From Myxococcota bacterium (lineage in GTDB: Bacteria; Myxococcota_A; SURF-8), in NCBI GenBank assembly GCA_963674735.2, contig CAXXQS010000001.1, positions 992,001 through 1,056,000 on the forward strand: a stretch of DNA of 64,000 nt, written 5' to 3'. Shown piece by piece: positions 39,574-50,104 of this stretch; within the stretch, counting starts at the first letter, position 1, and every line of letters begins with the position of its first letter. The position numbers were made by a program, and so were the translations under genes. The notes beneath the pieces were generated by a model. It was given only the letters and a program-made list of their open reading frames with translations, searched no databases and was not told the DNA's origin.

Positions 39574-40011
39574 ATGAAAGGAGTTGTGAACGTGTTGGCT
39601 ATCGCTTTATTTGAGACCCGTGTTGCTCCGCGCTTCGATTTCGCTCCGGCGTTTCGTTTGGTGGAAGAAAAAGCGGGTCAGACCCAAGCCGTGGATGTGG
39701 CGGCGCAAGATTGGCGAGCGGATGAACGGGCGATGCGTTTGGCGGAGCGGGGCGTCGACGTCCTGATCTGTGGAGCGATCGATCGGCAATCGGCTGAACA
39801 ACTTGTGCGCCAGGGCATCCGTGTGCTGGATTGGGTCAGCGGCGAAGCTGATGACGCGCTAAGCGCCTTTCAAAGTGGTGAACTGCGCTCACACCACCGT
39901 CTGGGTCCGGGAGGCCGCTCGCGCGGATGCTGGCGCATCCAGCGGCGTTGCCGTGGAGGAGGACGACAGGGTGGGGGAGGTGGACGGGGTCGCCGAGGAG
40001 GATGTTCGTAA
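39574..40011 (+). CDS. NifB/NifX-family (orange protein-like) cluster-binding protein with Gly/Arg-rich tail
   Basis: RVAPRFD.A, GVDVLICGAI, GIRV motifs; alternative GTG start a few codons downstream. Confidence 0.8.
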   Translation: MKGVVNVLAIALFETRVAPRFDFAPAFRLVEEKAGQTQAVDVAAQDWRADERAMRLAERGVDVLICGAIDRQSAEQLVRQGIRVLDWVSGEADDALSAFQSGELRSHHRLGPGGRSRGCWRIQRRCRGGGRQGGGGGRGRRGGCS

Positions 40012-40033
40012 CCGATTTGAAAGGAGGCATGCG

Positions 40034-40378
40034 ATGCCTAGAGGTGATCGACGAGGACCGATGGGGCAAGGACCGAGAAGCGGACGTGGCTTAGGCTATT
40101 GTTCGGGGAATGATCAGCCCGGTTGGGCCGCTGATGGTGCGGGAATGGGTTTTGGACGTGGAGGAGGCCGTGGTGCCGGTCGCGGGCAGGGGGGCGGTTT
40201 TGGCCGGGGCCGCCGGAACTGGGCGAACTATAACGATGCGCCGCCTCCGCCGATGAACGCAATTCCGAATGAAACCGCCGATGTGTCGGCCGAATTGGCG
40301 GAATTACGCGAAGAGTTGCATGAATTGAAGGCGTTGATCAAAACGCAGATGACCGAAGATTCGGAACCGGATAACTGA
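40034..40378 (+). CDS. DUF5320 family protein
   Basis: MPRGDRRGPMGQGPRSGRGLGYC, Gly/Arg-rich middle, C-terminal coiled coil; SD AAGGAGG. Confidence 0.85.
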   Translation: MPRGDRRGPMGQGPRSGRGLGYCSGNDQPGWAADGAGMGFGRGGGRGAGRGQGGGFGRGRRNWANYNDAPPPPMNAIPNETADVSAELAELREELHELKALIKTQMTEDSEPDN

Positions 40379-40391
40379 TAGCAGAAGCATC

Positions 40392-40426
40392 GGCGTCGTC
40401 CGGTCGCGCGAAAACGGACGACGCCA
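40392..40426 (+). terminator. Stem-loop after the DUF5320 gene
   Basis: GGCGTCGTCCG...CGGACGACGCC 11-bp stem without a U-tract. Confidence 0.45.
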
Positions 40427-40429
40427 CCG

Positions 40430-41506
40430 ATGCGGAGAAGGTTTGAAAAGATGATGTTTCCATCGAGAATGTGGGGGCTGGCGCTTCTGGCTACAATGCT
40501 GGTTTTACTAGCGTTGCCGGGCTGTCAGGGTGAGGATGACGACGAATCCATGTCGCCTGATGACGGAGATCTGGAGTTGGTGGACGGCGACCGAGATTTG
40601 GATTTTTCCGATGCCGAGTTCGATTCGGAACCGGAAGCCGATTCCGACCTCGATGGTGATGCCGATGAGGCTCCATTATCCGATGGCGATTTGGAAGAGA
40701 GCGGTTGTATCCAAGACCCCGAACGTGATCTCGATCCGGTTGAACAGGATGAGCCGGATGGCGATGTCGATTCCGAAATCGACGCAGACCCGGATCCGCA
40801 AGAATGCGATGGTACTGATTCCGAAATGGATGATGAGTCGGATGCCGATCCGATGGAAGCCGATTCCGAGACGGAAATCGAGGAAGAAAATGATCCTTGT
40901 CCCTTTACCGATATGGTGCTGATGGGTGATGACTCGTGTATGGACCGTTATGAAGCTTCACGATCCGATGCCACGGCATCGTCCGGTGGCATTCAAACCG
41001 GGGCTGCCCAAAATGTGGCGGGGGTTATTCCATGGACTCCGGTGACATTGTCTCAGGCGAGAGGAGCCTGCCAACTGGCGGGAAAGCGGTTGTGTGGTCC
41101 GGCGGAATGGGTGTCGGCCTGCCGCGGGAAAGATCTGTTGATTTACACATATGGGAATACTTACGATGCCGCTATCTGTAATGGCATCGATACATTCTGT
41201 CATTGCGGTGCAGGTTCCGCCTGCGAAGACGAACCGGTGTGTCCGTTTCCAAATTGCCGACAGACCTGCGGTGCGGCTTTCCATGTTATGCCGACCGGCG
41301 CGTTTCCGGATTGCCATAATCTCGAGGGGGTGATGGATCTGAACGGCAATGTATGGGAAATCGTGGATCTCGATGACGGATACGAGCATTTTCGTGGGGG
41401 TGCCTACAACTGTGGTGATTCCGAGACATTGCATCGCTGTGATTATGATGCCACCTGGGGACCATCCGCCAAAGGTTTTCGCTGCTGTGCCGATCCATCC
41501 GATTAG
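40430..41506 (+). CDS. Lipoprotein with acidic DGD linker and FGE-sulfatase (formylglycine-generating enzyme-like) domain
   Basis: Lipobox LPG-C; CMDRYE, GKRLC..EW..AC, DLNGNVWE, RGG, GFRCC. Confidence 0.85.
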   Translation: MRRRFEKMMFPSRMWGLALLATMLVLLALPGCQGEDDDESMSPDDGDLELVDGDRDLDFSDAEFDSEPEADSDLDGDADEAPLSDGDLEESGCIQDPERDLDPVEQDEPDGDVDSEIDADPDPQECDGTDSEMDDESDADPMEADSETEIEEENDPCPFTDMVLMGDDSCMDRYEASRSDATASSGGIQTGAAQNVAGVIPWTPVTLSQARGACQLAGKRLCGPAEWVSACRGKDLLIYTYGNTYDAAICNGIDTFCHCGAGSACEDEPVCPFPNCRQTCGAAFHVMPTGAFPDCHNLEGVMDLNGNVWEIVDLDDGYEHFRGGAYNCGDSETLHRCDYDATWGPSAKGFRCCADPSD

Positions 41507-41534
41507 ACGCGAATCCGGCTTGTCGAGAGAAGGA

Positions 41535-42878
41535 TTATGTCAATTCGGGAGCAGCTGCCAGTGTGCGCCAGCGTAAAAGCAGCAGAATCATGGTTTCGGA
41601 TACGTTGGCCACGATCCACATGACCACCGCTACCGTAGCCCCGACGGCCAAAACGTCCTTCAGCAACACGCCCGACAATCCCGCTGATAGCAGGCAGATG
41701 ACCGATGATCCCAGAACATCGCCCGGACGATGATCGCGGATGGCTGCTCCGCGCAAATAAGTGCGAGTGCTGAGTGTGAGCGGAATCAGAGGTGTGAGAC
41801 AAAGTGCGGCGCTTGCGGCTGTCAAAGCTGCACCGGATAGGCCGATCAGGTCACCCATCAGCCATACACCGATCGATGTGAAAGAGACCAGAGCCAGCAG
41901 GACCGTCAGGCCTACCGTCAGCAGGGCGGCAAAGTGGGCAGTGTGACGGCGCTCTTCAAGCGTGTTGCCGCGTGCGATAACCAACTGCTGGAAGGCCAAC
42001 ACGATGGATGCCAGGAACCAGGCTACCGAACGGACAACGGAAAAAGCCGATACGGCCATTTCTCCATCTTGGGTGCGGGTGAGAACGGCGTTTGTGACGA
42101 TACCGATGCTCACTGCGAACAACCCGGAGACGAGAATCGGCGAAACGAAGCGCGTGATAGCTCTGTAAGAAGCTCCCACATCAACCGCCTCATCCCCTGG
42201 AAGTTTGTGGGCATGCCGCTTGGCTCCAATCCAAACAAACAGGGATTCCGATAAAATTCCCATGCCAAAGGCCAGGGCGCCGAGGATCGGTCCGGGAACG
42301 GGGAGTCCCCAGGCCCCTAGCAGAGTGACAACGATCATGGCTAGAAGTCGCAAAAGTGTGCCCCAGCCGACGAGCGAGGTCTTGCCGACGCCGGTAAGCA
42401 AGCCGCGACCGATAGAGCGGATGGACAGGAGAAAAGGGAGAGGTGAAAAGCAGATTAGCGTTTGTGAAGCCATCTCGGCTAGAGGTTTGTCGACTCCGAA
42501 AAAACCGACGAACACGGCGTGTCCCAAGGGTGTGATCCCAACCATCAGTTGAATGCAAGAGAGTGCGAGTCCTAAAGATACAGCGAAAACGGTGACTCGC
42601 CGGCGTGATTGCGGCCCGCGTATCAACTTGACGGCGGCTGGTTCGAGTCCGAAGCACAAACTATTCAGAAAAACCGAAAAAGCGAAAGCGATCGCAAAGG
42701 CAGCCAGGCCCGATACCGGGTCGGGACGTCGGGCAATACCGGCGTTTACGATGGGGGTGCCACCGGCCATCATGATGTGAGTCAACGCCAAGGGCAGGTA
42801 AAAAACGAATAATTCTTTCAGGGGGGCTGTGTCAAAAAAAGATGACGAGTGCTTGCGATTGCTGGAAGGGGAAATCAT
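41535..42878 (-). CDS. MOP-superfamily (MATE/flippase-like) membrane protein
   Basis: About 12 hydrophobic segments, FYLPLA/FVSPIL internal duplication; lies directly behind the tamA/bamA-like gene. Confidence 0.65.
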   Translation of the reverse strand: MISPSSNRKHSSSFFDTAPLKELFVFYLPLALTHIMMAGGTPIVNAGIARRPDPVSGLAAFAIAFAFSVFLNSLCFGLEPAAVKLIRGPQSRRRVTVFAVSLGLALSCIQLMVGITPLGHAVFVGFFGVDKPLAEMASQTLICFSPLPFLLSIRSIGRGLLTGVGKTSLVGWGTLLRLLAMIVVTLLGAWGLPVPGPILGALAFGMGILSESLFVWIGAKRHAHKLPGDEAVDVGASYRAITRFVSPILVSGLFAVSIGIVTNAVLTRTQDGEMAVSAFSVVRSVAWFLASIVLAFQQLVIARGNTLEERRHTAHFAALLTVGLTVLLALVSFTSIGVWLMGDLIGLSGAALTAASAALCLTPLIPLTLSTRTYLRGAAIRDHRPGDVLGSSVICLLSAGLSGVLLKDVLAVGATVAVVMWIVANVSETMILLLLRWRTLAAAPELT

Positions 42879-42889
42879 GGAACTTCTTC

Positions 42890-45800
42890 TTAAAACAAAC
42901 TGATTGAGAAATGGAAACGCCAATTGTCTTCGTGGAGCTCTTTATCGGGATTGAGATTCCAGCCGATTTCCAGGCTGATATCTCCAACGGGAGTGCGGTA
43001 ATGCAAGCCACCGCCTGCCGAGCTTTTATAGCGGTCGAGACGGAAATCGATATGGTCCGGATCGATCCACAAACTGCCAGAGTCGACGAAAGCTCCGGCA
43101 TAATAGCTTTTATAAACCGGAATGCGGAAGTCGGCCTTTAACAGCGTAAAGGCATCGCCGCCCTCCGAGGGAGTGTCGTAGGTGTAAACCGACTGACGTG
43201 CCTCATCCGATAAGTCGGCGGGATGTATGGCCTCTTCTCCAAAACCGCGCAACGAGGTGCGACCGCCCAACTTGAAACGCTTATCTACCGGAGTGTTAGC
43301 GCTTGAAATATTGTTGATAACACCAATATTGGCGCTGAGACGCAAAACGCTGGGTTGACGGGTGATCGGAATGGGAATGTAGCCCGTCAGCGAGCCTTTG
43401 CTGCGGAAAAGATCGTAGTTTTTGTCACCGAGCAGTGTTTCGAAATACTCGCCCAAACCACTGATGACAACACCCCAAGTGGGATTAAACACACTATCGC
43501 GGAAATCGAAAATAGCTTGGAGCTTGGGAGAAATTTCCCAGGTTTGACCATCTTCGGGGATGAATTCGTTAGCGCGGATCGCTTCGAATCCAGTGGTGAC
43601 CGAATCGACGTAAGCAAATTCGTTGATTTGCGCCAGAGTCAGATACGGGATGTATTCGGTATCGAAGGCCAGGATGAAGGCATTTTTATCCAGACCATAA
43701 GCGCGTTGCTGGCTGCGCAAGTGCAGCAAATCCGTTCGAATACCGATTTTCGATCCCATCATACTGGGATGGTAAAAACCGACGGTAATTTCCCGCTCCA
43801 GGGAATCGATAACACTTAAGTCATCATACAAAGAGGCGAACTGATCGTCCAGCAGTGCCGGTATGCGGTGGTTGACTTTGGCGCGCAGGTGGAATTCCAG
43901 TGCGCTGCCGAACAGGTTTCGATAGATGAATAAAGTGCCGAATCGTACGCCTTTGTCAGTGGCGATTCCGCCCGACAATTCAAAGCGGCCCGGAGGACGC
44001 TCGCTTACCGATACCACCACTTTCTTTTCCGCTTCCTCTTTCTCCGGTTTCCACGGTTTAACCGTCACCATCTGGAAAATGCCCAGACGCTGAACCCATT
44101 CACGACTGGCAGACATGTCTTTGGGAGTGAGGATGTCGCCATGTTCGAAAGTCAGTTCACGCAGCACCGTCTCGGCACGCGTGCGTTTCAACCCGCTGAC
44201 CAACATGCCGCTGACACGCACCTGGGGGCCTTCGCGAACGGCCAGCATCACATCCGCCAGCCGATGGTCTGGAGTCAGGGTGTAGCTGAGATCCGCTTCT
44301 GCGTAAATCCTTCCTTCGCCAGCGTAAGCGTCACGGATGCGGCGCTGGGCTGCGTCGAAGGCGAGATCGTTGAGCGGTTGCCCAGCTCTGAAACCGAGAA
44401 GCTTGGCCAGACGCCGTTCATCAAGTGTGGATACTCCAAAAATGTTGATTGCACGGATGAAGGTTTGAACTCCTTCATTGACCGTGTAGTGGACTCGCAG
44501 GCGTTGGCCGGTTTCATTGACTTTCAACGCCGGTCGGCTGATTCGGGTGGAGAGGAAACCGTTTTCTCTGTAAAATTGGGTTAGTGCGCGTATCCCATCT
44601 TCGTAAACCGTTGGAATGAAAACTTCGTCGCTGTCCAGACGCTCGGGTCGGGCAAAAGTGGGTTTTTCCCACGCCGGATATCGATTGGCTCGTTCTTCGA
44701 TCCGGTAGATGCTGCGGCGCATAGCCTCGAACGCGGGAGGTTTCAGGCTGTCTTCGTCTTCTTCCACCAGGCGGTCACGCACGAAAGCGAAAAGCTCATC
44801 CTTCAGTTGCTTGCTTTTGAAATGCCAGGTTTCATGGAAAGTCACATCGGTCAGTTTGGTTCGTGTGCCTTCGTGGATTAGGAAGAATACCCGTTTAAGC
44901 CGTTTTCCTTCTAAATCAGTTTGAGGTCGAACTTTGACGTGCAGATAGCCTTCGCGTCGGTAAAAATCGGTCAGGGTTTTCTGGATCCGTTCAAGTGTGG
45001 CGTAATTGTAGGTGAAAACTTCGGGAATCTCGTTCGCAATAGCCGCCTTCAACTCGTTGGGACTATAGTGCTCATTGCCATGGAAAGCTACACGCACACG
45101 CCGCCCCGCTTTAATCGACAGACGTAATTGGCCTTTCGTAAGCAACCTCGATGTCTGCCAGTCAGACTCATCAGCATCCAGGATCGCAATGGTGGTCTCG
45201 GCAAAACCCTCGGCGACGTACTCGCTTCTCAATTGTTTGACGGCTTTCGTGAACGTATCGAGGTCAATACGATCGCCTTTGCGCAACGGAAGCTTGCGTG
45301 CGAGCCAGCGTTTCGGGAAATAGGGATCCCCAAGGAAGCGAATCGAATTGATTGTCACCGGTTCGCCTTCGGTAATCAGATAGCGGATAGTCGTATGGTA
45401 GGGGCTGTGTTGAGGTCGTGATTCGGCCTGTATGGCGGCATCGATGAAACCGTGACGTCGATACAAAACGTTCAACCGTTCGATTTCCTTTTTGAGATCA
45501 TCCGGGAAGACCGTATCGTCTTTGCGGAGCCGCAGAGCACGCGTGAGAATATCGTCGGATAGGGAGTCATTCCCGATGAATTTCAGATCGGAAATGCGGG
45601 TTGTGGGAATGAGCTCAAAACGCAGATCGATGATATTCTCATGCATTTCACCGAAAGCACGCACCTGCGCGAAAAGATCCCGCTCGTAAAGTGTTTGGAT
45701 GGCGTCGCGCAGCATCTCTTCGCTGAATGGCTGACCGGTTTTGACGGAAAGGGTGTCTTTAAATTCCAGGATCTGCTCGTGAAAGGTGGGGTTGATCGAA

Positions 45801-45976
45801 GATCCTGGGGTGTCGAGCGTAACCGAACCCACCGTCAATTCTTGGTTTTGCCCCATGAGAGGTGAGCCGCCCAAGACATACCCGAGTAGGCAGAGAACGC
45901 ACACAAGCCATGCACTTCGCCGCCATACGGGAGTGCCGGTTGACCGGATTGTGTGCCTGAGCGCCGTCACCTTCAT
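42890..45976 (-). CDS. Omp85 family (TamA/BamA-like) outer-membrane protein with multiple POTRA domains
   Basis: Repeated I.F.GN...Y..GF POTRA patterns, LGGRTSLRGF, GAFVDSG, G.HYRTPVG, C-terminal Phe. Confidence 0.88.
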   Translation of the reverse strand: MKVTALRHTIRSTGTPVWRRSAWLVCVLCLLGYVLGGSPLMGQNQELTVGSVTLDTPGSSINPTFHEQILEFKDTLSVKTGQPFSEEMLRDAIQTLYERDLFAQVRAFGEMHENIIDLRFELIPTTRISDLKFIGNDSLSDDILTRALRLRKDDTVFPDDLKKEIERLNVLYRRHGFIDAAIQAESRPQHSPYHTTIRYLITEGEPVTINSIRFLGDPYFPKRWLARKLPLRKGDRIDLDTFTKAVKQLRSEYVAEGFAETTIAILDADESDWQTSRLLTKGQLRLSIKAGRRVRVAFHGNEHYSPNELKAAIANEIPEVFTYNYATLERIQKTLTDFYRREGYLHVKVRPQTDLEGKRLKRVFFLIHEGTRTKLTDVTFHETWHFKSKQLKDELFAFVRDRLVEEDEDSLKPPAFEAMRRSIYRIEERANRYPAWEKPTFARPERLDSDEVFIPTVYEDGIRALTQFYRENGFLSTRISRPALKVNETGQRLRVHYTVNEGVQTFIRAINIFGVSTLDERRLAKLLGFRAGQPLNDLAFDAAQRRIRDAYAGEGRIYAEADLSYTLTPDHRLADVMLAVREGPQVRVSGMLVSGLKRTRAETVLRELTFEHGDILTPKDMSASREWVQRLGIFQMVTVKPWKPEKEEAEKKVVVSVSERPPGRFELSGGIATDKGVRFGTLFIYRNLFGSALEFHLRAKVNHRIPALLDDQFASLYDDLSVIDSLEREITVGFYHPSMMGSKIGIRTDLLHLRSQQRAYGLDKNAFILAFDTEYIPYLTLAQINEFAYVDSVTTGFEAIRANEFIPEDGQTWEISPKLQAIFDFRDSVFNPTWGVVISGLGEYFETLLGDKNYDLFRSKGSLTGYIPIPITRQPSVLRLSANIGVINNISSANTPVDKRFKLGGRTSLRGFGEEAIHPADLSDEARQSVYTYDTPSEGGDAFTLLKADFRIPVYKSYYAGAFVDSGSLWIDPDHIDFRLDRYKSSAGGGLHYRTPVGDISLEIGWNLNPDKELHEDNWRFHFSISLF

Positions 45977-45996
45977 GTCCCTGAATGAGTTACAAG

Positions 45997-48900
45997 TTAG
46001 AAATCGAGGTGGAATTTCAGATCGGCGCCGAAATTGCCGTAAGGCTCTAGCGAATCGTTATCCCACGCACCGGATAACGTAAAGTATTTTAGTCGGTATT
46101 TCAATTCAAACTGCTGATCGCCTCGTTGTTGTTGGATGCCCAGAGTGGTTGTGTAGGTTAAGTAGACTTTATCCGTAATTTCTTTGCCGATTACCAATTT
46201 GGAGACCAATGAACCTCCGTTGGACGGGTTGGAATTATCATATTCACTGGTAAGACGGAATTCATCAAGTTTGAACTGAGTGCGGATTTGGTCGTCTACG
46301 CCGTAAATGTCGGAGAGGGCATTCAAGCCTGCAGCGGCGGTTGCATCGTTTTGGCTTTTGCTGGTTGGTTGACCCACGAGTAAAAGAGAGACGATGTCGG
46401 CTTGCGGCAATCCGGCATCGGAACTGAGCTTGACTTCAGGGTTGTCCATATCGCCACTAAGATGCAAGGTGATCAGAACATCTCGTTCCTGGTTCGTGTC
46501 GATATATTTCACATGCGTTTCAGCGACGATGTCATAGCGGGGGACAATTGCGTTCGTATCGGTGAATTCCACCACGAAACGAATTACATCGAATTCGTTA
46601 TGCTCGAAATAAATGGTTCCCCGATCAGTGGAAAGGGTATTTAGCAGGCCCGGCTGCTGGTTGGTGCCGGTCAGAACAAGGTCGGAGGTGAGAAACAAGC
46701 TGGCCAGGTTGTTGCGCACCTGAATGGTGCGGTCCCCTTTCAGATCGATGTTGAAGGTCAGGTGGGGATCAGGCTTCTCGGTGTGCCAAGCCTTGCGAGG
46801 TTTGAGAGCTTGAACCACGCGATCGAGAATGAGTTGTTTTTGCCAGCGGATGGACTTGGTGTAAGTCAGATCGTCAACGTTCAATCGGCCGCTCACGTTT
46901 AGCGGCCAAGGCTCGCCGGTTATGTGCAAAGGACCGGAAAGGATCGGGAGCAATCCGTCGTCCAGACGATATCCGATGCGGTCCACATTCATTCTGATAT
47001 CCGTTTTCCCCATCCCTTCGTTGACCCAATCAATTTCCGTGTGGCCATTCAAAACTGCTTGTCCACCTCCGTAATTGAACGATACATCCCTGAGTTCGAG
47101 TTGGTCGGCACTGAAAAGGACCGTTCCTCTACAGCCGCGCAGCGGTTCATCGAGCATGGATAGTTTGAATCGGGATTGCTGAAAAGCGGCCTCGCCTAAG
47201 ATGGATAAATCATTGAGTTTTCCGCTTAGTGAGAGGTTGAGTTGGACTTGTCCCTGGGCATCCTGAACCGCATCGGAAATGCGTGTAAGAAGAGACCAGT
47301 GGGCAGTTCCTTTAAGCAAAGCTTCGACACGGCCATTCACATCCATATTACCGCGTACTTGCAGTTTGGTCTGAGGTCCTTCCACCATCACCGGTTCCAG
47401 TTTGAAAAGCTGCTTTTCCAGCTCGATGGTCAGTGGGGACGTGATGGTGACCGGAATTTTTCCCAATTCCGCATCCAGTGTCGTGATGCGGGCCAAGCCG
47501 GTTCCGTCAGCCAGTTTATACATCGGACCCTTGAAATCGATTTTTCCGCTAAAGATCGATTTCTCAAGTGGAGCCTCGAATTGTTTGCGTAGGTAGAAGG
47601 AAGGATCGAATTCGTCTAGGCGGAGGGAGAGGTCCAGGCGGTCGGTGGCGTCAAACTGGAACAGGGCTGAATAGTCGGCTTGATGATTGAACAATTGGCC
47701 ATTGATATCCAGGTAACGCTTGCTAAGCTCGAAGTGTAGCTCTGAAGCCTCATAGGTTTTTCCGTCCAGGTTCATCGGATCCAAGAGCACTTGAGCTTGC
47801 AAGATAGGATCATCGAAGGTTCCAAGCAGCTTTCCACTTGCTTCCGCCGGACTGTCCGAATCGCCGAAGTAATCACGCAGGAAGTCGATGTCGCGCACCT
47901 GCCAGCCACTTGAATGGATGCGCATGTCAAGATCCCGATAATCGTGAATGAAACCATTTAAAAATAGCTGTGCATTGCCGTTTTTCAACTCGACCTGCCG
48001 GAATTCCAAATCTTTGTTTTCGAGCCGCATTTCGATTTTGGCGGAATTGAACGTTTGCTGCGGGGTGCTAAATTCCGGTAAGACGATTCGTGCTTCGCCG
48101 CGAAAATCGCCGAATTGTCCGGATAACACGCCAGTCCCGACCATGCGACCATCCAGAATGGGAGAAAGAGAGCGGTCGTAATGGATGATTTGCAGGAAAT
48201 CATCCACATAAAAGCCGTCGCTTCCGCCCCGCACATCGACGAATGTCGGTTTTTGCCGGAAATCGAACGCCACATCGGCATGGAAAATCGTGCGGTTATA
48301 AGTGGCTGTGGCATCGTTGAAGGCCAAATCATGACCTTGGAAAGCCACTTTGCTGGTTACATGGCCAAAGCGATGCCCTTCGATTTCCACCTCGTGCATA
48401 TCCAGCCAACCGTCCAAATGCGGGTTGCCGGAAGCTCCGTGCATTTCGCAGTATAAGGATCCTCGCCCGCTGAAGTCCGTATGCAAAAGCTGACCGACAT
48501 CGGCGATGGAGAACTGATCGGAGGCGAATTTGTAATCGAATTGGTTGTCGAAACCGAAATGGACATACACCGTGTTGAAGTAGGTTTCTCCAAACCAGAC
48601 CTCTCCGTTGGTGATGTCGAAAGCGTTGCGATCGGCTTTCAATCCCAGTTTTAGACGTCCTTTCGGGACCACTAAAATGATGTCTTCCTCAGTTCGTTCA
48701 TGGAAGCCGACGGAGGACACAACGTGGTCGGTTACGGTCAAATCGGCTTTGCCGCTCAAGTTAAGCGGGTTGAGGACGCCGGCCATTTCGATGGTGCCGG
48801 TTTGGTTCTGTGTGACTTTGGAATGCAGGGGCGATACGTTATCCAGGATGTGCCCAAGTTCCACATGATCGAGTTTCAGACTGATAGCGGTCGACAGGGC

Positions 48901-50037
48901 GTCATCGAAGGCGATGCGCCCATTTTCCACGGTAATGGTACCTTGGGCATAACGGAATTCGCTGCCTTTTAGCTGCACTTCTTGTCGATCCGCAACAAAA
49001 CGGATATCGGCGTCCTCCAAAGGTCGGTCCTCGATCCACCCGTCACGCAATTCCAGCGTTCCGTTTACGCGCGGGTTACTCAACGAACCGCTAAAACTGG
49101 CCGATAGTTTCGTTTGGCCACGGAGTTTCGGCAAATCGGGGAGGGTGGTGGAAAGGCGTTCGAGGGGCAGGGCGAGGTCGATATGAAAGCGAGCCTGGCG
49201 GTTGTCGGAGTGCTGATAATCGCCTTCGAACTGCAGATCCACTTCCGGCAAAAACAGGCGGAGTTTCTGGACGGTGAGAGCTTGATCGGCGTATTGTGCA
49301 CGGGCGTGGATGAGGTTGATGGGAGCCACGATATCCTGGAAACGGATGGCGCCACTACCGGTCTCCATTCGAAGAGCGTAACCTCCATCCTGATAATCCG
49401 CTCGGAGGTTGATTCCGTTTAGTTCGCTTGGAGCCTCGTTCCCGGCCTGTAAGACCACCTCACCCTTTGAGACGATCAATTTGTTTATAATTAGAGTGAA
49501 GGGTAGGTCGAACCGATCGTAGTCGGGGTCGTTTTCCCCGGGAGAACCTAATGGCCGCTTGGCGAATAGATCCCAGTTCAGACGCGGTTTTTGAACCTCG
49601 ATTGACTCGATGGTCAAGCGGTTTCGAAGAAGTTGAAAGGGCTGGAAGACGATACGGATGGAATCTGCTTCGATATAGCCGCGTTGCGGGAAGTCGAGGC
49701 TGAGATTTTCCACAACCACGGCAGCGTCCCAAAAGTCCAAAGCAAGATCGGCGTGAACGATGGGGCCACCACCCTGTATGTAGATCAGGCGATTGACCAA
49801 TCCGATCAGGATGTCGGAACCGGAACGGGTGGTTAGAATGCCGAAAAGCAGTCCGATCCCCAGCAGCAGCATAACGAAGAAAAACAGCACGCGCCGTCGC
49901 ATACGCCGCATGCGCTCTCGTGCGGGGCGTCGGGGTGTAGGTGATGGCGTTTTCGATGGCCGTTTTGGCATATCGTGTGTCCGGCTCATTTGCGTGAACA
50001 GGGTCGCTGAGAGGGGAGCGTTGTCTTGATGTGACAC
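45997..50037 (-). CDS. tamB: TamB/AsmA-like translocation and assembly module protein
   Basis: N-terminal TM anchor, long beta-rich body, C-terminal DUF490-like region; adjacent to the Omp85 gene; start uncertain. Confidence 0.8.
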   Translation of the reverse strand: MSHQDNAPLSATLFTQMSRTHDMPKRPSKTPSPTPRRPARERMRRMRRRVLFFFVMLLLGIGLLFGILTTRSGSDILIGLVNRLIYIQGGGPIVHADLALDFWDAAVVVENLSLDFPQRGYIEADSIRIVFQPFQLLRNRLTIESIEVQKPRLNWDLFAKRPLGSPGENDPDYDRFDLPFTLIINKLIVSKGEVVLQAGNEAPSELNGINLRADYQDGGYALRMETGSGAIRFQDIVAPINLIHARAQYADQALTVQKLRLFLPEVDLQFEGDYQHSDNRQARFHIDLALPLERLSTTLPDLPKLRGQTKLSASFSGSLSNPRVNGTLELRDGWIEDRPLEDADIRFVADRQEVQLKGSEFRYAQGTITVENGRIAFDDALSTAISLKLDHVELGHILDNVSPLHSKVTQNQTGTIEMAGVLNPLNLSGKADLTVTDHVVSSVGFHERTEEDIILVVPKGRLKLGLKADRNAFDITNGEVWFGETYFNTVYVHFGFDNQFDYKFASDQFSIADVGQLLHTDFSGRGSLYCEMHGASGNPHLDGWLDMHEVEIEGHRFGHVTSKVAFQGHDLAFNDATATYNRTIFHADVAFDFRQKPTFVDVRGGSDGFYVDDFLQIIHYDRSLSPILDGRMVGTGVLSGQFGDFRGEARIVLPEFSTPQQTFNSAKIEMRLENKDLEFRQVELKNGNAQLFLNGFIHDYRDLDMRIHSSGWQVRDIDFLRDYFGDSDSPAEASGKLLGTFDDPILQAQVLLDPMNLDGKTYEASELHFELSKRYLDINGQLFNHQADYSALFQFDATDRLDLSLRLDEFDPSFYLRKQFEAPLEKSIFSGKIDFKGPMYKLADGTGLARITTLDAELGKIPVTITSPLTIELEKQLFKLEPVMVEGPQTKLQVRGNMDVNGRVEALLKGTAHWSLLTRISDAVQDAQGQVQLNLSLSGKLNDLSILGEAAFQQSRFKLSMLDEPLRGCRGTVLFSADQLELRDVSFNYGGGQAVLNGHTEIDWVNEGMGKTDIRMNVDRIGYRLDDGLLPILSGPLHITGEPWPLNVSGRLNVDDLTYTKSIRWQKQLILDRVVQALKPRKAWHTEKPDPHLTFNIDLKGDRTIQVRNNLASLFLTSDLVLTGTNQQPGLLNTLSTDRGTIYFEHNEFDVIRFVVEFTDTNAIVPRYDIVAETHVKYIDTNQERDVLITLHLSGDMDNPEVKLSSDAGLPQADIVSLLLVGQPTSKSQNDATAAAGLNALSDIYGVDDQIRTQFKLDEFRLTSEYDNSNPSNGGSLVSKLVIGKEITDKVYLTYTTTLGIQQQRGDQQFELKYRLKYFTLSGAWDNDSLEPYGNFGADLKFHLDF

Positions 50038-50104
50038 ACAAACCCCTGGCGACAGAAGCTGAAATACTTGGTTATTTTAGCATATTTTCACGAATTGAGG
50101 TCCA

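Noticed and set aside
41380-41506. FGE-domain C-terminus as a diversity-generating retroelement variable region
   Set aside because: No reverse transcriptase and no second copy (template repeat) seen in the window; a remote element cannot be excluded.
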